A stretch of DNA of 64,000 nucleotides, taken from contig JAXJBF010000135.1 in the NCBI GenBank assembly GCA_036303105.1, positions 192 to 64,191 on the forward strand. The letters run 5' to 3'. Positions 17,617 to 28,100 of the stretch are shown piece after piece. The stretch is from Peptococcaceae bacterium (lineage in GTDB: Bacteria; Bacillota; Peptococcia; Peptococcales; Peptococcaceae). The notes under the pieces are model-generated. The model was given only the letters and a program-made list of their open reading frames with translations, was not told where the DNA came from and did not search any database. The translations under genes were made by a program, and so were the position numbers. The stretch's first letter is position 1. The number at the start of each line of letters is the position of its first letter.

Positions 17617-19647
17617 ATGAAACGAGAAGGGTATAACAACAAAATTCTGGTGCTTGGTATTGATGGAATGGATCCTAGATTAACTGAGAAATATGTTCAT
17701 CAAGGTATCATGCCAAATACAAAAAAATTTATCGAAAAAGGTGCTTCTGGAAAAGGTCTGGTTTTACTCGGTGCCCATCCAACAATCACACCACCAATGT
17801 GGACCACTCTAGCAACAGGCGCTTATCCATCTACCCACGGAATCACAGATTTCTTTCTACAAGACGGAAACAACCTGGATTCAACTGCATATGGTCTGGA
17901 TTCACGATTATGCAAAGCTGAACAAATGTGGAATGTACTGGCAGAAAGCGGAAAGAAAACCCTGGTTTGGCATTGGCCAGGTTCTAGCTGGCCACCAACC
18001 AGCGATAGTCCAAACCTGCACGTTGTCGACGGAACACAACCGGAAGGAGTCAACTGCGGAACCGCTGAGATTGAAAAAGATTTTATCCTTGTTGCCGATG
18101 TAAAGACAGAAGGTACCACCTATAAAGCCAAAGCTGTAGCTGGCTCGCATATTCCTTGCACGATTGATGATCTGGAAAAAGAAGATGAAAAAGCAAGTAC
18201 TAGTAAGATTGGAAATGCAATTGCTGTTGGGGCAAAACCAAGCTCCATTATCATTCTCTCTCCAGACGAAGGCCAGGGTACAATGGGCAAAACTCCATAC
18301 GACGTTGTTCTCTCTCCTATCAAACCAGCCAACGGTTGGGTAGATGCTCCTGAGGATGCATTGGAAATCACTGTTCTTTTCAGTAAAGGTATGATTCGTC
18401 GCGTTGGTCTGATCACCAAAAATGAAGAAGGAATTTATGATACAGTAAAACTTTATAAAAACAAGAAGTCTGAAGAACCTCTTGCCGTTCTTCCAAAAGG
18501 CGAATTTGTAAAAAATATTAAAGACGAAGCCATTCGTGATGATGAAAAATACGATGTTGTACGCAATATGCGTGTCCTTGACCTTGCAGAAGACGGCTCG
18601 CATCTCAAGCTCTGGGTTTCAACAGCCATCAATGTAAATGAGGATACTCTATGGTATCCAAGGGAACTCTATCAATTGGTTTATGAAAATTGCGGAGCAG
18701 CTGTAGCAGGATGTATGTTAGGCGGTTACGACGAACAACTTCTGAAAGAATGCATGGTTCCTCAATGGGAAGCTCAAGGCGAATGGGTGGCTGATAGTCT
18801 GAATTACTTAATTGATAACGAAGATTATGAAGCTGTATTCTCTCATTATCATAATGTAGACTTGCAAGGACACATGATCGTCAAATTTATGAAAAACAAA
18901 GGACAGGACATGCTGCCAGAACATGTGTATGCAGAATTGATGCAAATGGTCTATGAACAAACCGACCGATACATCGGGCGCTTCATGCACTACTTAGATG
19001 AAGGTTGGACCATCATGATCGTTTCTGACCACGCTCAAGCTTGCCCAGAATACGGACCAATGGCTATTGGTGAACCAGTTGGTGTCAATGTTCGTCTCAT
19101 GGAAGAATTGGGTTATACTGCTGTCAAAAAAGATGAAAACGGAAATGATCTGCATGAAATCGACTGGGAAAACACAAAAGCAGTAGCAGTTCGCGGTAAT
19201 CACATCTATATCAATTTGAAAGGAAGAAATCCTTATGGTATTGTAGACCCTGCAGATCAATATGAATTAGAAGAGCAAATCATGACAGATCTGTATAGTT
19301 ACAAACACCCAGAAACCGGGAAACGCGTCATTGCATTGGCATTGCGAAATAAAGATGCTTTGCTACTCGGCCTGAGCGGAGACGGTTGCGGCGATATCAT
19401 TTACTGGACTTCCGAAGGATATCATTTTGACCATGGTGATGCGTTGTCTACAACATTAGGCTATGCAGATACTTCGATTTCTCCAATTTTCATTGCTGCC
19501 GGCAAAGGCATCAAAGAAGGTTTCACAACAGATCGTGTCATTCGTGAAGTAGATGTTACGCCTACCATTGCAGCGATTACCGGGGTACGTATGCCTGCCC
19601 AATGTGAAGGTGCTCCTGTTTATCAGATTTTAGATGGAGAATTTTAA
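17617..19647 (+). CDS. Alkaline-phosphatase-superfamily enzyme (type I phosphodiesterase/nucleotide pyrophosphatase-like)
   Basis: VLGIDGMDP, HPTITPPMWTTLATG, HYHNVDLQGH, IVSDHA metal/nucleophile motifs. 676 aa. Confidence 0.75.
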   Translation: MKREGYNNKILVLGIDGMDPRLTEKYVHQGIMPNTKKFIEKGASGKGLVLLGAHPTITPPMWTTLATGAYPSTHGITDFFLQDGNNLDSTAYGLDSRLCKAEQMWNVLAESGKKTLVWHWPGSSWPPTSDSPNLHVVDGTQPEGVNCGTAEIEKDFILVADVKTEGTTYKAKAVAGSHIPCTIDDLEKEDEKASTSKIGNAIAVGAKPSSIIILSPDEGQGTMGKTPYDVVLSPIKPANGWVDAPEDALEITVLFSKGMIRRVGLITKNEEGIYDTVKLYKNKKSEEPLAVLPKGEFVKNIKDEAIRDDEKYDVVRNMRVLDLAEDGSHLKLWVSTAINVNEDTLWYPRELYQLVYENCGAAVAGCMLGGYDEQLLKECMVPQWEAQGEWVADSLNYLIDNEDYEAVFSHYHNVDLQGHMIVKFMKNKGQDMLPEHVYAELMQMVYEQTDRYIGRFMHYLDEGWTIMIVSDHAQACPEYGPMAIGEPVGVNVRLMEELGYTAVKKDENGNDLHEIDWENTKAVAVRGNHIYINLKGRNPYGIVDPADQYELEEQIMTDLYSYKHPETGKRVIALALRNKDALLLGLSGDGCGDIIYWTSEGYHFDHGDALSTTLGYADTSISPIFIAAGKGIKEGFTTDRVIREVDVTPTIAAITGVRMPAQCEGAPVYQILDGEF

Positions 19648-19770
19648 ACCATATTAAAATCAAATAACTAAATAAAAAGAACTGCTGCGGCATGTCGATA
19701 TAATGAGCTATAACTCTATCCATAAACGACATTGTAATGCAGCAGTTCTTTTATTATGGAGGAATAAACT

Positions 19771-20208
19771 ATGGATTTAGAACACTATACCAAAAATCGC
19801 ATCAATATCTTAAAAGAACGAACCACGCATTGCGTATGTAAATATTGTGGCGGACAACTTCATTTGCGACGTATCATTTTTAGTAACATAGAAGGCGCAC
19901 GTATTGAAATATTTTGCGAACATTGTAATCGAATTGAATTTGGTGTTGAAAAAGAAATTTATCAATGCGCACGAAACTTCGTAGAAAAATTTAACTTCAA
20001 TTGTTTCCCAGACTTGGAAGATAATGAAACAACAAAAAGAATGAATATTGCAAAGGTATGTGAAATTATTACGTGGGCAGATCAAAAACGCGGACTGTTA
20101 GATGATAACGGATTTACAACCAACATTCATTTGGAAGATGGAATTGCCGGAGATATATTATTTGTTCAAGGAGAATCACTCGTTTCAAAAAATAGAAATT
20201 CATTTTAG
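19771..20208 (+). CDS. Hypothetical zinc-ribbon protein
   Basis: CVCKYCGG..CEHC. GGAGGA RBS. Confidence 0.5.
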   Translation: MDLEHYTKNRINILKERTTHCVCKYCGGQLHLRRIIFSNIEGARIEIFCEHCNRIEFGVEKEIYQCARNFVEKFNFNCFPDLEDNETTKRMNIAKVCEIITWADQKRGLLDDNGFTTNIHLEDGIAGDILFVQGESLVSKNRNSF

Positions 20209-20222
20209 AAAGGAGACTAACA

Positions 20223-21032
20223 ATGGATGCACAAAAAATTATCCAAATAGAAAATCTCAATTTAAAAATTGGCAATAAATTTTTATTAAAAGATATTAAC
20301 TGGGAAATCTGCCAAGGCGAAAACTGGATACTATTCGGACAAAATGGCTGCGGTAAGACCACCCTCCTTTCTATTATTGCTGGTTATGCCTCTTGTTTAG
20401 ATGGAAATGTAACCTTATTCGGAGAAACATTCGACGAAACGAATTGGTTAAACATACGAAAGCGAATAGCCTGGATAAGCAGCTCATTTTTTGATAAATA
20501 TTATACAAACGAGTCTGTCCTGCAAATCGTATTATCCGGAAAAGATACAACACTGGGTATAGGCTATAACATCAATGATAATGATATAAAAAAAGCATTG
20601 TTATTACTAGATCAATTTAAACTCAGAAGATATATGGACCGCCCCTATCGTCTACTTAGTAAAGGCGAACGTCAAAACGTTTTAATTGCACGCGCATTGA
20701 TGAATGATGCTCAACTATATATCTTAGACGAACCATGTTCCGGTTTAGACGTTAATGCCCGTGACCACATGATACATTACATTCAGAAATTAGCAGAAAA
20801 CAAACAGATTACTCTTATATATGTAACACACTATGCCGAAGAAATTCCAAATGAATTTGATCATGTACTCCTCATGCGAAAAGGACGCATTTATTCAAAA
20901 GGGGATGCAAAGGAATTATTAGGTTCTGACTCTTTAAGTGCTTTTCTTGAGAGTCCATTGGAAAGCTTTTGGACCGATAGTAGACTACATTTAAAATTTT
21001 ATCACCAAGATAAAGTAGGTGAGAAAATATGA
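20223..21032 (+). CDS. Orphan ABC ATPase (YlmA/ModF-like), no permease partner
   Basis: GQNGCGKTTLLSII, LSKGERQNVLIARAL, LYILDEPCSGLD. Confidence 0.8.
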   Translation: MDAQKIIQIENLNLKIGNKFLLKDINWEICQGENWILFGQNGCGKTTLLSIIAGYASCLDGNVTLFGETFDETNWLNIRKRIAWISSSFFDKYYTNESVLQIVLSGKDTTLGIGYNINDNDIKKALLLLDQFKLRRYMDRPYRLLSKGERQNVLIARALMNDAQLYILDEPCSGLDVNARDHMIHYIQKLAENKQITLIYVTHYAEEIPNEFDHVLLMRKGRIYSKGDAKELLGSDSLSAFLESPLESFWTDSRLHLKFYHQDKVGEKI

Positions 21033-21964
21033 ACGAATTTACTTCTCGTGACGAACAAATGACACAAGACGTAGCTACAATGGCTGCTTTAGGACGATTT
21101 GAAAAGGAATTCACAGTTTACGGTTGTGTATTCTTTGATAACGAACAAATAATTATTGCAATTAGTGAATCTGCAGATAGAATTTTTGATTGGATGTACG
21201 ATATTGAAAACAAAGATCAGTATGTATCTACTATCCATTCTGCTTCAATACGTTCATTAGTTCCCGCTGGAATGGAAAATTTTTTCATTGAACAAGCACA
21301 ACAAAAACTCATACTTTCTTTAAGATCAATCTATCCATCAGAATACTTTCTTACGCTACAAAAAGCATTTCAAGTCTTTCCTACCAATCAGTCTTTTGAA
21401 CCCCTTGAACAAATGCGATATCAATTAGACGGTATTTGCAATAATGAACAGATAATAATTTTTCAAGGATTAATAGAAAAAGCCTACAAAAGAAAAATTT
21501 TAAAAGAATCTTCATATCTTCAACTATTAAAGTGGGTAAACTGGACAAAACGGGACCTTGAACAACAAATAGTAAAAAAAGATAAATATGAAAAAGATTT
21601 TTTCGCCTTCATTTATATCAGTCCTGATCAAACAAGTCATCATATTTTTATTGATGGGAATAAAGCCAATACCTACAAAAAATTAGAGCAGAAAATATCT
21701 CAAAATTATTTTGTTTCTAATATTATTACAAAAAAATGGTACTACAATAACACATACACTATTATTGATGCAAAAAATGATTGCAAAGCCTATTTAGAAC
21801 AAATTTTCGATCTTACCTACCAATCCCTACTGATAACAATAGAAACATTACCGACTCCAATTAACACACAAATTTTTGATATTGCATCACAAAGCTATCG
21901 AAAATCAAATCAAAAAGATCTATTAAACAATTTAAAGCGACAACGACAAATACTTCACATTTAA
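21029..21964 (+). CDS. Hypothetical protein, no recognisable domain
   Basis: 311-aa ORF with an ATGA overlap to the ABC ATPase. Confidence 0.55.
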   Translation: MNEFTSRDEQMTQDVATMAALGRFEKEFTVYGCVFFDNEQIIIAISESADRIFDWMYDIENKDQYVSTIHSASIRSLVPAGMENFFIEQAQQKLILSLRSIYPSEYFLTLQKAFQVFPTNQSFEPLEQMRYQLDGICNNEQIIIFQGLIEKAYKRKILKESSYLQLLKWVNWTKRDLEQQIVKKDKYEKDFFAFIYISPDQTSHHIFIDGNKANTYKKLEQKISQNYFVSNIITKKWYYNNTYTIIDAKNDCKAYLEQIFDLTYQSLLITIETLPTPINTQIFDIASQSYRKSNQKDLLNNLKRQRQILHI

Positions 21965-21972
21965 CGATTTTC

Positions 21973-22012
21973 AAAAATGTACCCAGGCTATTACTCTCTG
22001 GGTACATTTTTT
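21973..22012. terminator. Bidirectional terminator at island edge
   Basis: ATGTACCCAG/CTGGGTACAT with flanking A- and T-runs. Confidence 0.7.
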
Positions 22013-22351
22013 CTATTCACCGCGCGCCAGAAATTCCTGCACGGCTTGTTCGACGGCGCTGTTGAGCGTGGTGTTGTGGTGCATGGCCCAGAGCACGATG
22101 TTTTTATGCAGTGCTGGTTTTAGGCGCACGTTGAACTGGCCTTTGAAGGCGCGGGCCGGACGGCGGCCAACGTTGGCGCAGAAGGCCAGATAACGGTCCA
22201 CGGCATCGTGAAACGCCGCTTCCACGCCGTCAATGGTTGTGCTTTCGTAATTGACGGCGTCGATGATGCCCTGCACCTTGCCATACAGCAGACGCTGCTG
22301 CGCGTCATAGTGCACCTTTGTCACATAGCCGCGATATTCCAGTACATCCAT
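22013..22351 (-). CDS. hicB: HicB-family antitoxin-like protein (no HicA nearby)
   Basis: MDVLEYRGYVTKVHYD..FKGQFNVRLKPALHK. AGGAGGAGA RBS. Confidence 0.8.
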   Translation of the reverse strand: MDVLEYRGYVTKVHYDAQQRLLYGKVQGIIDAVNYESTTIDGVEAAFHDAVDRYLAFCANVGRRPARAFKGQFNVRLKPALHKNIVLWAMHHNTTLNSAVEQAVQEFLARGE

Positions 22352-22364
22352 GGTCTCTCCTCCT

Positions 22365-22391
22365 AAAAAATGCGGCGGAATATCCGCCGCA
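22365..22391 (-). terminator. Intrinsic terminator
   Basis: TGCGGCGGA/TCCGCCGCA followed on the minus strand by TTTTTT. Confidence 0.7.
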
Positions 22392-22499
22392 TGACTGCGC
22401 AGTGTTTTTTGCGAGTAAGAAACCCTGTGCTGCCCCAGCCACAGTATGGGCGGCGCAGGATTCAAAAGCACTGCTTGATGTCTTCGATCAGCGCTCTTG

Positions 22500-23432
22500 T
22501 CAGCTTTGAGCTGGCGTCAAAGCGCTGAGATCGATGACATGCTGCACACCGTCGCCATCGGTTGCAATGAGCTGGCCGTCCACCATGTTCAGAACGCAGG
22601 CGTTGACAGCGAAGTCCAGCGTGTAGCTGACGGTATCGCCGCCAATGGTGGCTGCGTAGAGTCGGTTTGGTTCCACAGGATTGGACCAGCCGCTGGCATT
22701 GATGCCATCGGTGTAGTAGACGGTGTCGCCATCCACACAGAAGGACGATGGGTAAATGTCCGTCAGATAGGTGAGATGATCGCCGTCATCACGGAAGAGC
22801 GGCATCGGTTCTGTCCAGCTGTCTTGGCACAGAAGGGCAAGGTAGCTGGTGCCATCGATAACACGCTGGCTCATGATTGGATAGGCCGCACTCTCATCAT
22901 AGATGGTGTAGCCCTCCGGCAAGGCCACCTGCTGAATGCCATTGGTGTCCGCGCGCAGAAGCTGGCCGCCGATGACCTGGTATTGCAGGTCCTTACCCTG
23001 AGCAATCCAAACGGTGCGCGTGTCGTTGTCCCAATAGATGTCGCCATAGAGCTCCGTGAAGTCACGCGCCGGCAGATAGGTGCGATCGTTTTTCAACGTC
23101 GGTGCTGTCTCAAACACACCTGCTGCACCATTGGCGGTGTAGGCGGTGCTGCCAACCTGCAGCGTCACATCCACGCTGCCGTCGGCGCTGGTAATGTGAA
23201 TGCTGCCATCTGGCTGCCAGTCGGTTTGATAATCCAATGCCTCGCTCACCAGCCGCAGCGGAATCATGGTGCGTCCGGCATCGCTGATGTAGGCTTCGCC
23301 TTCTGCAGCGCTGCCGCCGATCGAGACGCTGTTGATCCGCAGATGAACATCGGTGCTATCGGCCCACGCCGCGCTCGGCGCCGCCAACACTGCCGCACAT
23401 ACTAAACCAGACAATACTTTCTTCCCTTTCAT
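22500..23432 (-). CDS. Secreted protein with copper-amine-oxidase N-terminal-like (stalk) domain
   Basis: Signal peptide. GRTMIPLRLVSEAL..DRTYLPARDF..WDNDTRTV. Confidence 0.7.
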   Translation of the reverse strand: MKGKKVLSGLVCAAVLAAPSAAWADSTDVHLRINSVSIGGSAAEGEAYISDAGRTMIPLRLVSEALDYQTDWQPDGSIHITSADGSVDVTLQVGSTAYTANGAAGVFETAPTLKNDRTYLPARDFTELYGDIYWDNDTRTVWIAQGKDLQYQVIGGQLLRADTNGIQQVALPEGYTIYDESAAYPIMSQRVIDGTSYLALLCQDSWTEPMPLFRDDGDHLTYLTDIYPSSFCVDGDTVYYTDGINASGWSNPVEPNRLYAATIGGDTVSYTLDFAVNACVLNMVDGQLIATDGDGVQHVIDLSALTPAQS

Positions 23433-23703
23433 GTTGACCATCCTTTCTGTTTCATCGATTGCTTTGTTTCTACCTCTATTGTACGCCGGCATCCTGCCAT
23501 GTTTGCTAAGGTTTTATAAATGAATTCTTAATTTTTCATGAACTTTTTTCCGCACATACAAAGGCAAACCGTTCATTATATCATAAATTGCTTGCTACTG
23601 CGCAGCACTGTCGCAAACGACACGCTGACGACGTAAACAACATAAAAATCCCCCGAACGTTCGTCGGGGGAAGTTGAACGTTTGGGGGAATGAGGATGGA
23701 AAA

Positions 23704-25071
23704 CTATGCCATATCGTTCATAAGAACGTAGCGCATGAGAATGGTTGCAACCTGCGCGCGGGTGGCGCCACTGGTTGGCGAAAGGGTGGAGCTGGTGGTC
23801 CCATTGATCAGGCCCTGATCCACCGCCCAAGCCATGGATGCCAACGCATAGCTGGAAATGCTGCCATAATCGCTGTAGCCCTTGATGGCGTCCCCGCCTG
23901 CCGGGGTGTCAATGCCCATGTACTTGGTGTAGCGCATGAGGATGGTGGCCATCTGCTCACGGGTGATGCTCTGGTCAGGAGCAAAGGTGGTTTCGGTCAT
24001 GCCGGCAACCACACCTTTTTCCTTGGCCCAAGCGATTGGCTCTGCATACCAGGCGTCGGCAGCGACATCGTCAAAGACTTGCTGATTCTGGACGCTGTCG
24101 CCAGAATGACGATAGAGCACTGCCACAAGCATGGCACGTGTCATGTTGACATTCGGGCTGAAGGTGGTCGCGCTGGTGCCGGCAAAGAGGCCGTGTTCCA
24201 CAGCGAAGGCCACTGGTTCAGCAAACCAGTCGTTTGGCTGCACATCGGTGAAGGTCAGAGATGGGATTGTGCCGCCGTCCTCATCATTGTCACCAGATGT
24301 GTTGTCGTCGCCGGCTGTATTATCATCGCCAGCATTGTCGGTGTTTTCATCGTTGCCACCATTGTCAGTGCTGCCGCCGGTATTACCGCCGCCACCACCT
24401 GTGGTGATCTTTTCAAAGGTGACTTCCACCTCATCGTCGGCGCTCAGGCCTGTCAGGGTGTTGCTGATCGCCACTTCCTTGCCGTTGACAAGGATCTTGG
24501 CAATGCGATAGCCGCTGTCAACGCTGATCGTCACTGTGCCGTCTTTATGAGCGCTGACCTGCCCACCCTTGCCGACAACACTGACGATCGGCGTATGGTC
24601 TTCTTCGTCTGGTGTTGGCGATGGGGTGTTATCATTTTCACGATTAACGGTGAGCGTCAGGTCGCTGCCTTCCTTATATTCGGTGCGGTTCAGGCTGCGG
24701 TCCAAGACCACAGCGCCGTTGACCTTGGAAACTTCCGAGCCGCTCGCCACCGTCAGCGTGCCGAGATCCAGCACGCCGTCCTTAACCGCAAGCGGTGTTT
24801 TCGATGCGGCATAGAGGGTAACAGTATTATGGTCACTGTTGATGGTCATGGCGTAAGCGTCGCCGGTGCCATGGTATTGCAAATCGGTGGTATCGCTGAC
24901 GGTGAACGTCACCTCAGCACCGTAACGGTCGCTGCCGACGTCAGCCAGGCCGATGCCGGCGCTGGTGCCGGCTTTGTCAAAATCAACCTGCAGGGTGGCA
25001 GCCATGGCGCTCACTGGAAGCATGGCGCCAATCAACAGGGTGGAGACCCCTGCTCTTATCCAACGTTTCAT
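23704..25071 (-). CDS. Surface protein with three C-terminal SLH domains
   Basis: FTDV..WFAEPVAFAVEHGLFAGT, FDDV..WYAEPIAWAKEKGVVAG, and a third SLH repeat. Signal peptide present. Confidence 0.85.
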   Translation of the reverse strand: MKRWIRAGVSTLLIGAMLPVSAMAATLQVDFDKAGTSAGIGLADVGSDRYGAEVTFTVSDTTDLQYHGTGDAYAMTINSDHNTVTLYAASKTPLAVKDGVLDLGTLTVASGSEVSKVNGAVVLDRSLNRTEYKEGSDLTLTVNRENDNTPSPTPDEEDHTPIVSVVGKGGQVSAHKDGTVTISVDSGYRIAKILVNGKEVAISNTLTGLSADDEVEVTFEKITTGGGGGNTGGSTDNGGNDENTDNAGDDNTAGDDNTSGDNDEDGGTIPSLTFTDVQPNDWFAEPVAFAVEHGLFAGTSATTFSPNVNMTRAMLVAVLYRHSGDSVQNQQVFDDVAADAWYAEPIAWAKEKGVVAGMTETTFAPDQSITREQMATILMRYTKYMGIDTPAGGDAIKGYSDYGSISSYALASMAWAVDQGLINGTTSSTLSPTSGATRAQVATILMRYVLMNDMA

Positions 25072-25118
25072 AAGTCCTCCTTCTATGGGTCATCTCTTTG
25101 CAGGAGGGGCGGCGGGCA

Positions 25119-28100
25119 TCAGTTGCCCGCTCCCTCAAATACGATCCCAGGCATGCTGTCGTAGCGCGGCACACTGATGAAGGTGGTGTCGCTGGTCATG
25201 CGTGGGTTTGAGCCGTAGATGTCTTCTGCACGCCACATCTGCGCTTTGAGCGCAATGAGCACGTTCTCATTCGCCGATGCACTGTGGCCGTCTTCGCCAA
25301 CGTGGTCTTCGCACACTTTCTTGAAGGCTTCCTGATCTTCCGGAATGAAGATGAAGAAACCATCGCTGATGGTGCTGACCGCGCCATCTTCTGGCACCTC
25401 AGCCAGGAGCAAGGTCTCGCCGGCGAGGGTTTGTTCTGTGGTTGTTGGGGCTTTGTCCGAAGCCGGAGTAACGGTCTGGAACGTGCCAACCACGCGCACG
25501 CTGTTGTAGAGTGGGTCACCGCGGTAGCTGCCGGTGACGATGACGGTGCCGGCTTTGATGGTCTCGGTCTGGCCGTCGCCCACGTCATAGGTGTAGTCTT
25601 TATCCAGTACCCCGATGGACGCGCCCTCTGTGAAGGCGATGTTGTCGCCAGGGTAGCTGAGGAGATGGATGTCGTTCACATCAACGTTCTTTGGTACGCC
25701 GGAAATGGCAATTTGCTTGGCGTCGTACATCCAGATGCGGGTGTCATCAGCACCAGCGCCAGGCTTGTTGAAGTAGCTGAGGAAGCTGCCATCGCTGGTC
25801 GCAGTCCCCTTGGAAAAATCGCCGTTCTTGGCGAGGGTCCAGCCGCCGGTCGGCGTCACAGTGCCAAGATCCTGGAAGGTTTCAGCGCTGCCGAGGTCGT
25901 GAACGCTGTCAGAAGTGAAGACAAGGTACTTGCCAGAGCTTGGCGCATTGTCGCCAGTGATTTTGATGCCGGCGCTGGAGAGGGTGGCGCCGTTCTTGGC
26001 GGTGATCACAATATTGCCAGTGGCATCGTCACGCACGATGTCGTACTGACTGCGGTCGATGGTGGTGTCATAAGAGATGCGCACATCCTTGGCCTTCGCC
26101 GTTGCCACCTCGTAACCAAGCTTGTCGATGACGCGCACCGAGTAGCTCATGGCCACATTGTTGGCGCTGCCGACGGTGTCGGTGTAGGTTTGCGTGGTGT
26201 TGCCGTCGCCGCTGACAAAGGCGATAACCTGGCCATTGCGGCTGATCTCATAGCCCTGCACGCGGTCGGCCTGGCCGTCCACCGTCATGGTCAGCGTAAC
26301 CTGCTTATCGTTGGCCACAGCGGCAGAAAGTTCAGCGTTCAGGCTGGCTTTCTTTTCGCCATTGAGGCGGTCGCGGCGGGAATCGTCGTTGAGATACCAA
26401 ATGTCGCGGTCCTCGCTGCCATAGCTCTTGAGGGCACTCTTGGTGCTGGCCGACAGTTCCATGCCCCAACGGGTAAAGAACTCGGTCAGATTTTTATTCG
26501 TCACTTCGCTGGCAATCAGGGCAATGCGGTCGTCTTTAGAGGCAGCATCGCTGTAAGCGCCAGCTTTCCATTTCTTAAAGAATGCGTTGTAGAAATCCAG
26601 TGCACCGCTGCCGTCGAGGGCGCTGCCTTTGCCGTCATAGGCGAGATGCAGCTGCCAGTACATGCCCAGCTGAACGAACACATTCCCAGCCTGCCCCGGC
26701 TTTGCGAGGGCCACCTTGGTGAAGATGTCGTCGTAGGTGCCGCCTTCGAGGCGGGAGGTACCGGTCATGTTGTCGGTGTCGGCAGTCTGTGCGACGAGAG
26801 AATAGATGTTGTTGGTGATTTCGGCATAGCCGATCTTATCCATGTTGTGACCAATTTCGTGGGCGATCCCCCAGCCAAAGAGGCTTTCGGCATCGCTTGA
26901 GCCATCGCTCAGCGGTGCGCCGGTCACCAGCCCTGGGGTGGAATCGTATTCCACGCCGATGTAGCTGCCAGCGGCGAACATGAAGGCCCCAGAGAACATG
27001 CGGCAGAAGCGGATGTTCTGACGGGTTTCCATCGGATATTCGTAGCTGTCAAAGGCTGCATCGCCGTCAATGATGCCCTGGGTTTTGTTACTCAGGAAGA
27101 GCATCTGCTCCCAAGCCACCAGTGACTGGTAGAGCTTGTCGGTCATGGTGTCAACCGAGGCATTGACACCGCCCAGTCCAGCCACAACCTGGTTGGCAGG
27201 AATGGACAGGAGCACGCTTGGGGTGGCAATGTCGGTGGTGTTGCGGGTGTTGGTCTTCTTACTGGTTTCGTTGCCGAAACTCAGGCCTTTCACGTAGGTC
27301 TGCAAGTCGCTGACGTAAGTCTTGATCACGGCTTTGCGTTCCGCTTCGCTCTTGCCATACCACTGCTCAGGGGTGAGGTTCAAGGTTGGGATCGCCGTCA
27401 CGACATTTTTATTCGTGGAAACGTCGCGCACCTGAATGGTGATCTTGTCGGCGTTCTTGCCACTGTATTCAATGTAGAGCGGGCCGCCGCGTTCACCGGA
27501 GCCGCTGTTGCCAATGGCCGAGAGCCAAACAAGGTTGCGGCCATTGTTGAGCGTATAGCTCTTGGAAGTGGTGCCAGCTTCGGCATATTGCTGCCACTGC
27601 ACCAGCTTAATGGACTCGCCATCGTCCAGACCATCCACATAGAGGGCAACGTTATTGCCAGAGAGGGCGCTCACACCCAAAGGCTGCAGGGCAGACGCCG
27701 ACTGCCCATATTTGCTGTCGGCAGCGGCCGAGCGAGATTCAAAGCCATCGCGCACGATGAGGGCGCTGTCTTGTTTATCCAGCAGCTGCTGGGCGTTGTC
27801 CAGTTCATCGAGAAGCACCGCTTTGTCGACCACATAGGCATTGGCGTCGTTGGCGCGGGCACGCAAGGCATCGATCTTGCCTTGGTCCACACCGCTTGCC
27901 AGCTTGGTGTGGCTGCCGTTGGCGAAGAGCGCATCAATGTCGTCGCTCAAGCCATCGTAGCTGTAGAAAGCGATCTCCGACAGCGTAATGTTCCCAGCGC
28001 CGCCCCACTGCTCCCCTTCAATGCTCAAGGTTTTCACCTGAGCACGCGGGAATTTAACGATGAAATACTCATTGTCTTTTGCTTTTTCAAAGGTGGCGCT

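Larger units (their letters stand above)
14880..22012. other. AT-rich genomic island (7 genes, no mobility genes)
   Basis: Abrupt compositional drop visible by eye at both edges. The right edge is a bidirectional terminator. Confidence 0.7.

Noticed and set aside
23674-25164. 496-aa ORF on the + strand
   Set aside because: It is antisense to the SLH surface-protein gene. It has Gly/Ala/Val/Arg-rich composition typical of shadow ORFs in high-GC DNA, no RBS and no recognisable motifs.
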